Shown here one piece after another: positions 41,247 through 41,626 of a DNA stretch of 41,626 nucleotides. The stretch's first letter is position 1. Each line of letters begins with the position of its first letter. The notes below the pieces were generated by a model. It was not told where the DNA came from. It saw nothing but the letters and a program-made list of their open reading frames with translations, and made no database searches. Source of the stretch: Candidatus Omnitrophota bacterium (GTDB lineage: Bacteria; Omnitrophota; Gorgyraeia; Gygaellales; Profunditerraquicolaceae); the NCBI GenBank assembly GCA_028711825.1, contig JAQTRM010000002.1:1-41626 (forward strand). Reading direction: 5' to 3'. The position numbers and the translations under genes were made by a program.

Positions 41247-41626
41247 TTTCCGTCCTTTTTATTAGAACTGCTTTGTCCCCGGTTTAATCCCGCGGGCAAA
41301 GGCTGGCAGCGCGGACAAAAATACGTCCCCCTTGAACCTTGAACAATCCTGGAGATAGGGGTCGAACATACAAAACAGGGTTTTCCCTCCCTGCCGTATA
41401 CACGGTGAAACTGCGCGTATTTTCCGTTCTCCCCGGATACTCTTACATAATCATCCACCGAGGAACCTCCGTAACGGACAGCTTTCTTCAAAACCATGCG
41501 CATCTTTGAATAAACTGCCCGGCGCCTGTTTTTATCCAGAAACTTCGCCGGACACCGCGGGTTCACCCCGGCGAAAAACAAGATCTCGGCGGCGTAAATA
41601 TTACCGATGCCGGCGATAAAAGACTG
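41243..41626 (-). CDS. mutM: Formamidopyrimidine-DNA glycosylase, C-terminal part (5' end outside window)
   Basis: The reading frame stays open to the window edge. My translation of 41626..41582 gives QSFIAGIGNIYAAEI, continuing LFFAGVNP (H2TH motif). The ORF-track M at 41581 is an internal TTG (Leu). C-terminal zinc finger CFVCSTPI...YFCPRCQ. Confidence 0.85.
   Translation of the reverse strand, partial: QSFIAGIGNIYAAEILFFAGVNPRCPAKFLDKNRRRAVYSKMRMVLKKAVRYGGSSVDDYVRVSGENGKYAQFHRVYGREGKPCFVCSTPISRIVQGSRGTYFCPRCQPLPAGLNRGQSSSNKKDGK

Overview
This is a gene-dense, almost unidirectional 41.6 kb bacterial chromosomal window. I call 42 protein-coding genes, 41 of them on the minus strand, plus two tRNA genes, with many 1-, 4- or 8-nt start/stop overlaps. 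Most of it is housekeeping: accA; a folate/purine neighbourhood (folE, mnmE, folC, purH); pyrK-pyrD-pyrF; mutM (partial); comM/yifB (the only plus-strand gene); tRNA-Asp(GTC) and tRNA-Val(TAC). There is also a seven-gene Bacteroidetes-style V-type ATPase operon (E, DUF2764, A, B, D, I, K) whose K subunit keeps the Na+-binding residue signature. I see no transposase, integrase, CRISPR array, reverse transcriptase or recognisable defence gene.

Five things look unusual:
1. A family of intergenic elements is built from tandem 7-bp units arranged as nested inverted repeats. There are three related large copies at 7436-7679, 13268-13574 and 30482-30642 (the last truncated), and two small ATAAG/CTTA-type copies at 2003-2058 and 4057-4119.
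2. A PadR-adjacent, translationally coupled operon ends in a ketosynthase followed by a Cys-less ketosynthase partner (KS-alpha/KS-beta-like). It also includes a tandem TIGR04076-like protein, a ketopantoate-reductase-family enzyme and a PCP_red-like small protein. The window edge cuts it off.
3. A lysine 2,3-aminomutase is translationally coupled to two paralogous Ddl-like ATP-grasp ligases. Their leader carries a terminator-like hairpin and direct repeats that bracket the Shine-Dalgarno (SD) sequence.
4. A four-gene overlapping cluster lies just downstream of the tRNA genes: tRNA-binding protein, YkgJ Cys-cluster protein, stand-alone DUF2156 (MprF C-terminal, aminoacyl-tRNA transferase fold), and a DEDDh exonuclease fused to a WYL domain.
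5. A YchF homologue has lost its whole P-loop region.

Functional calls rest on motif recognition in the supplied or self-made translations. No database search was possible.
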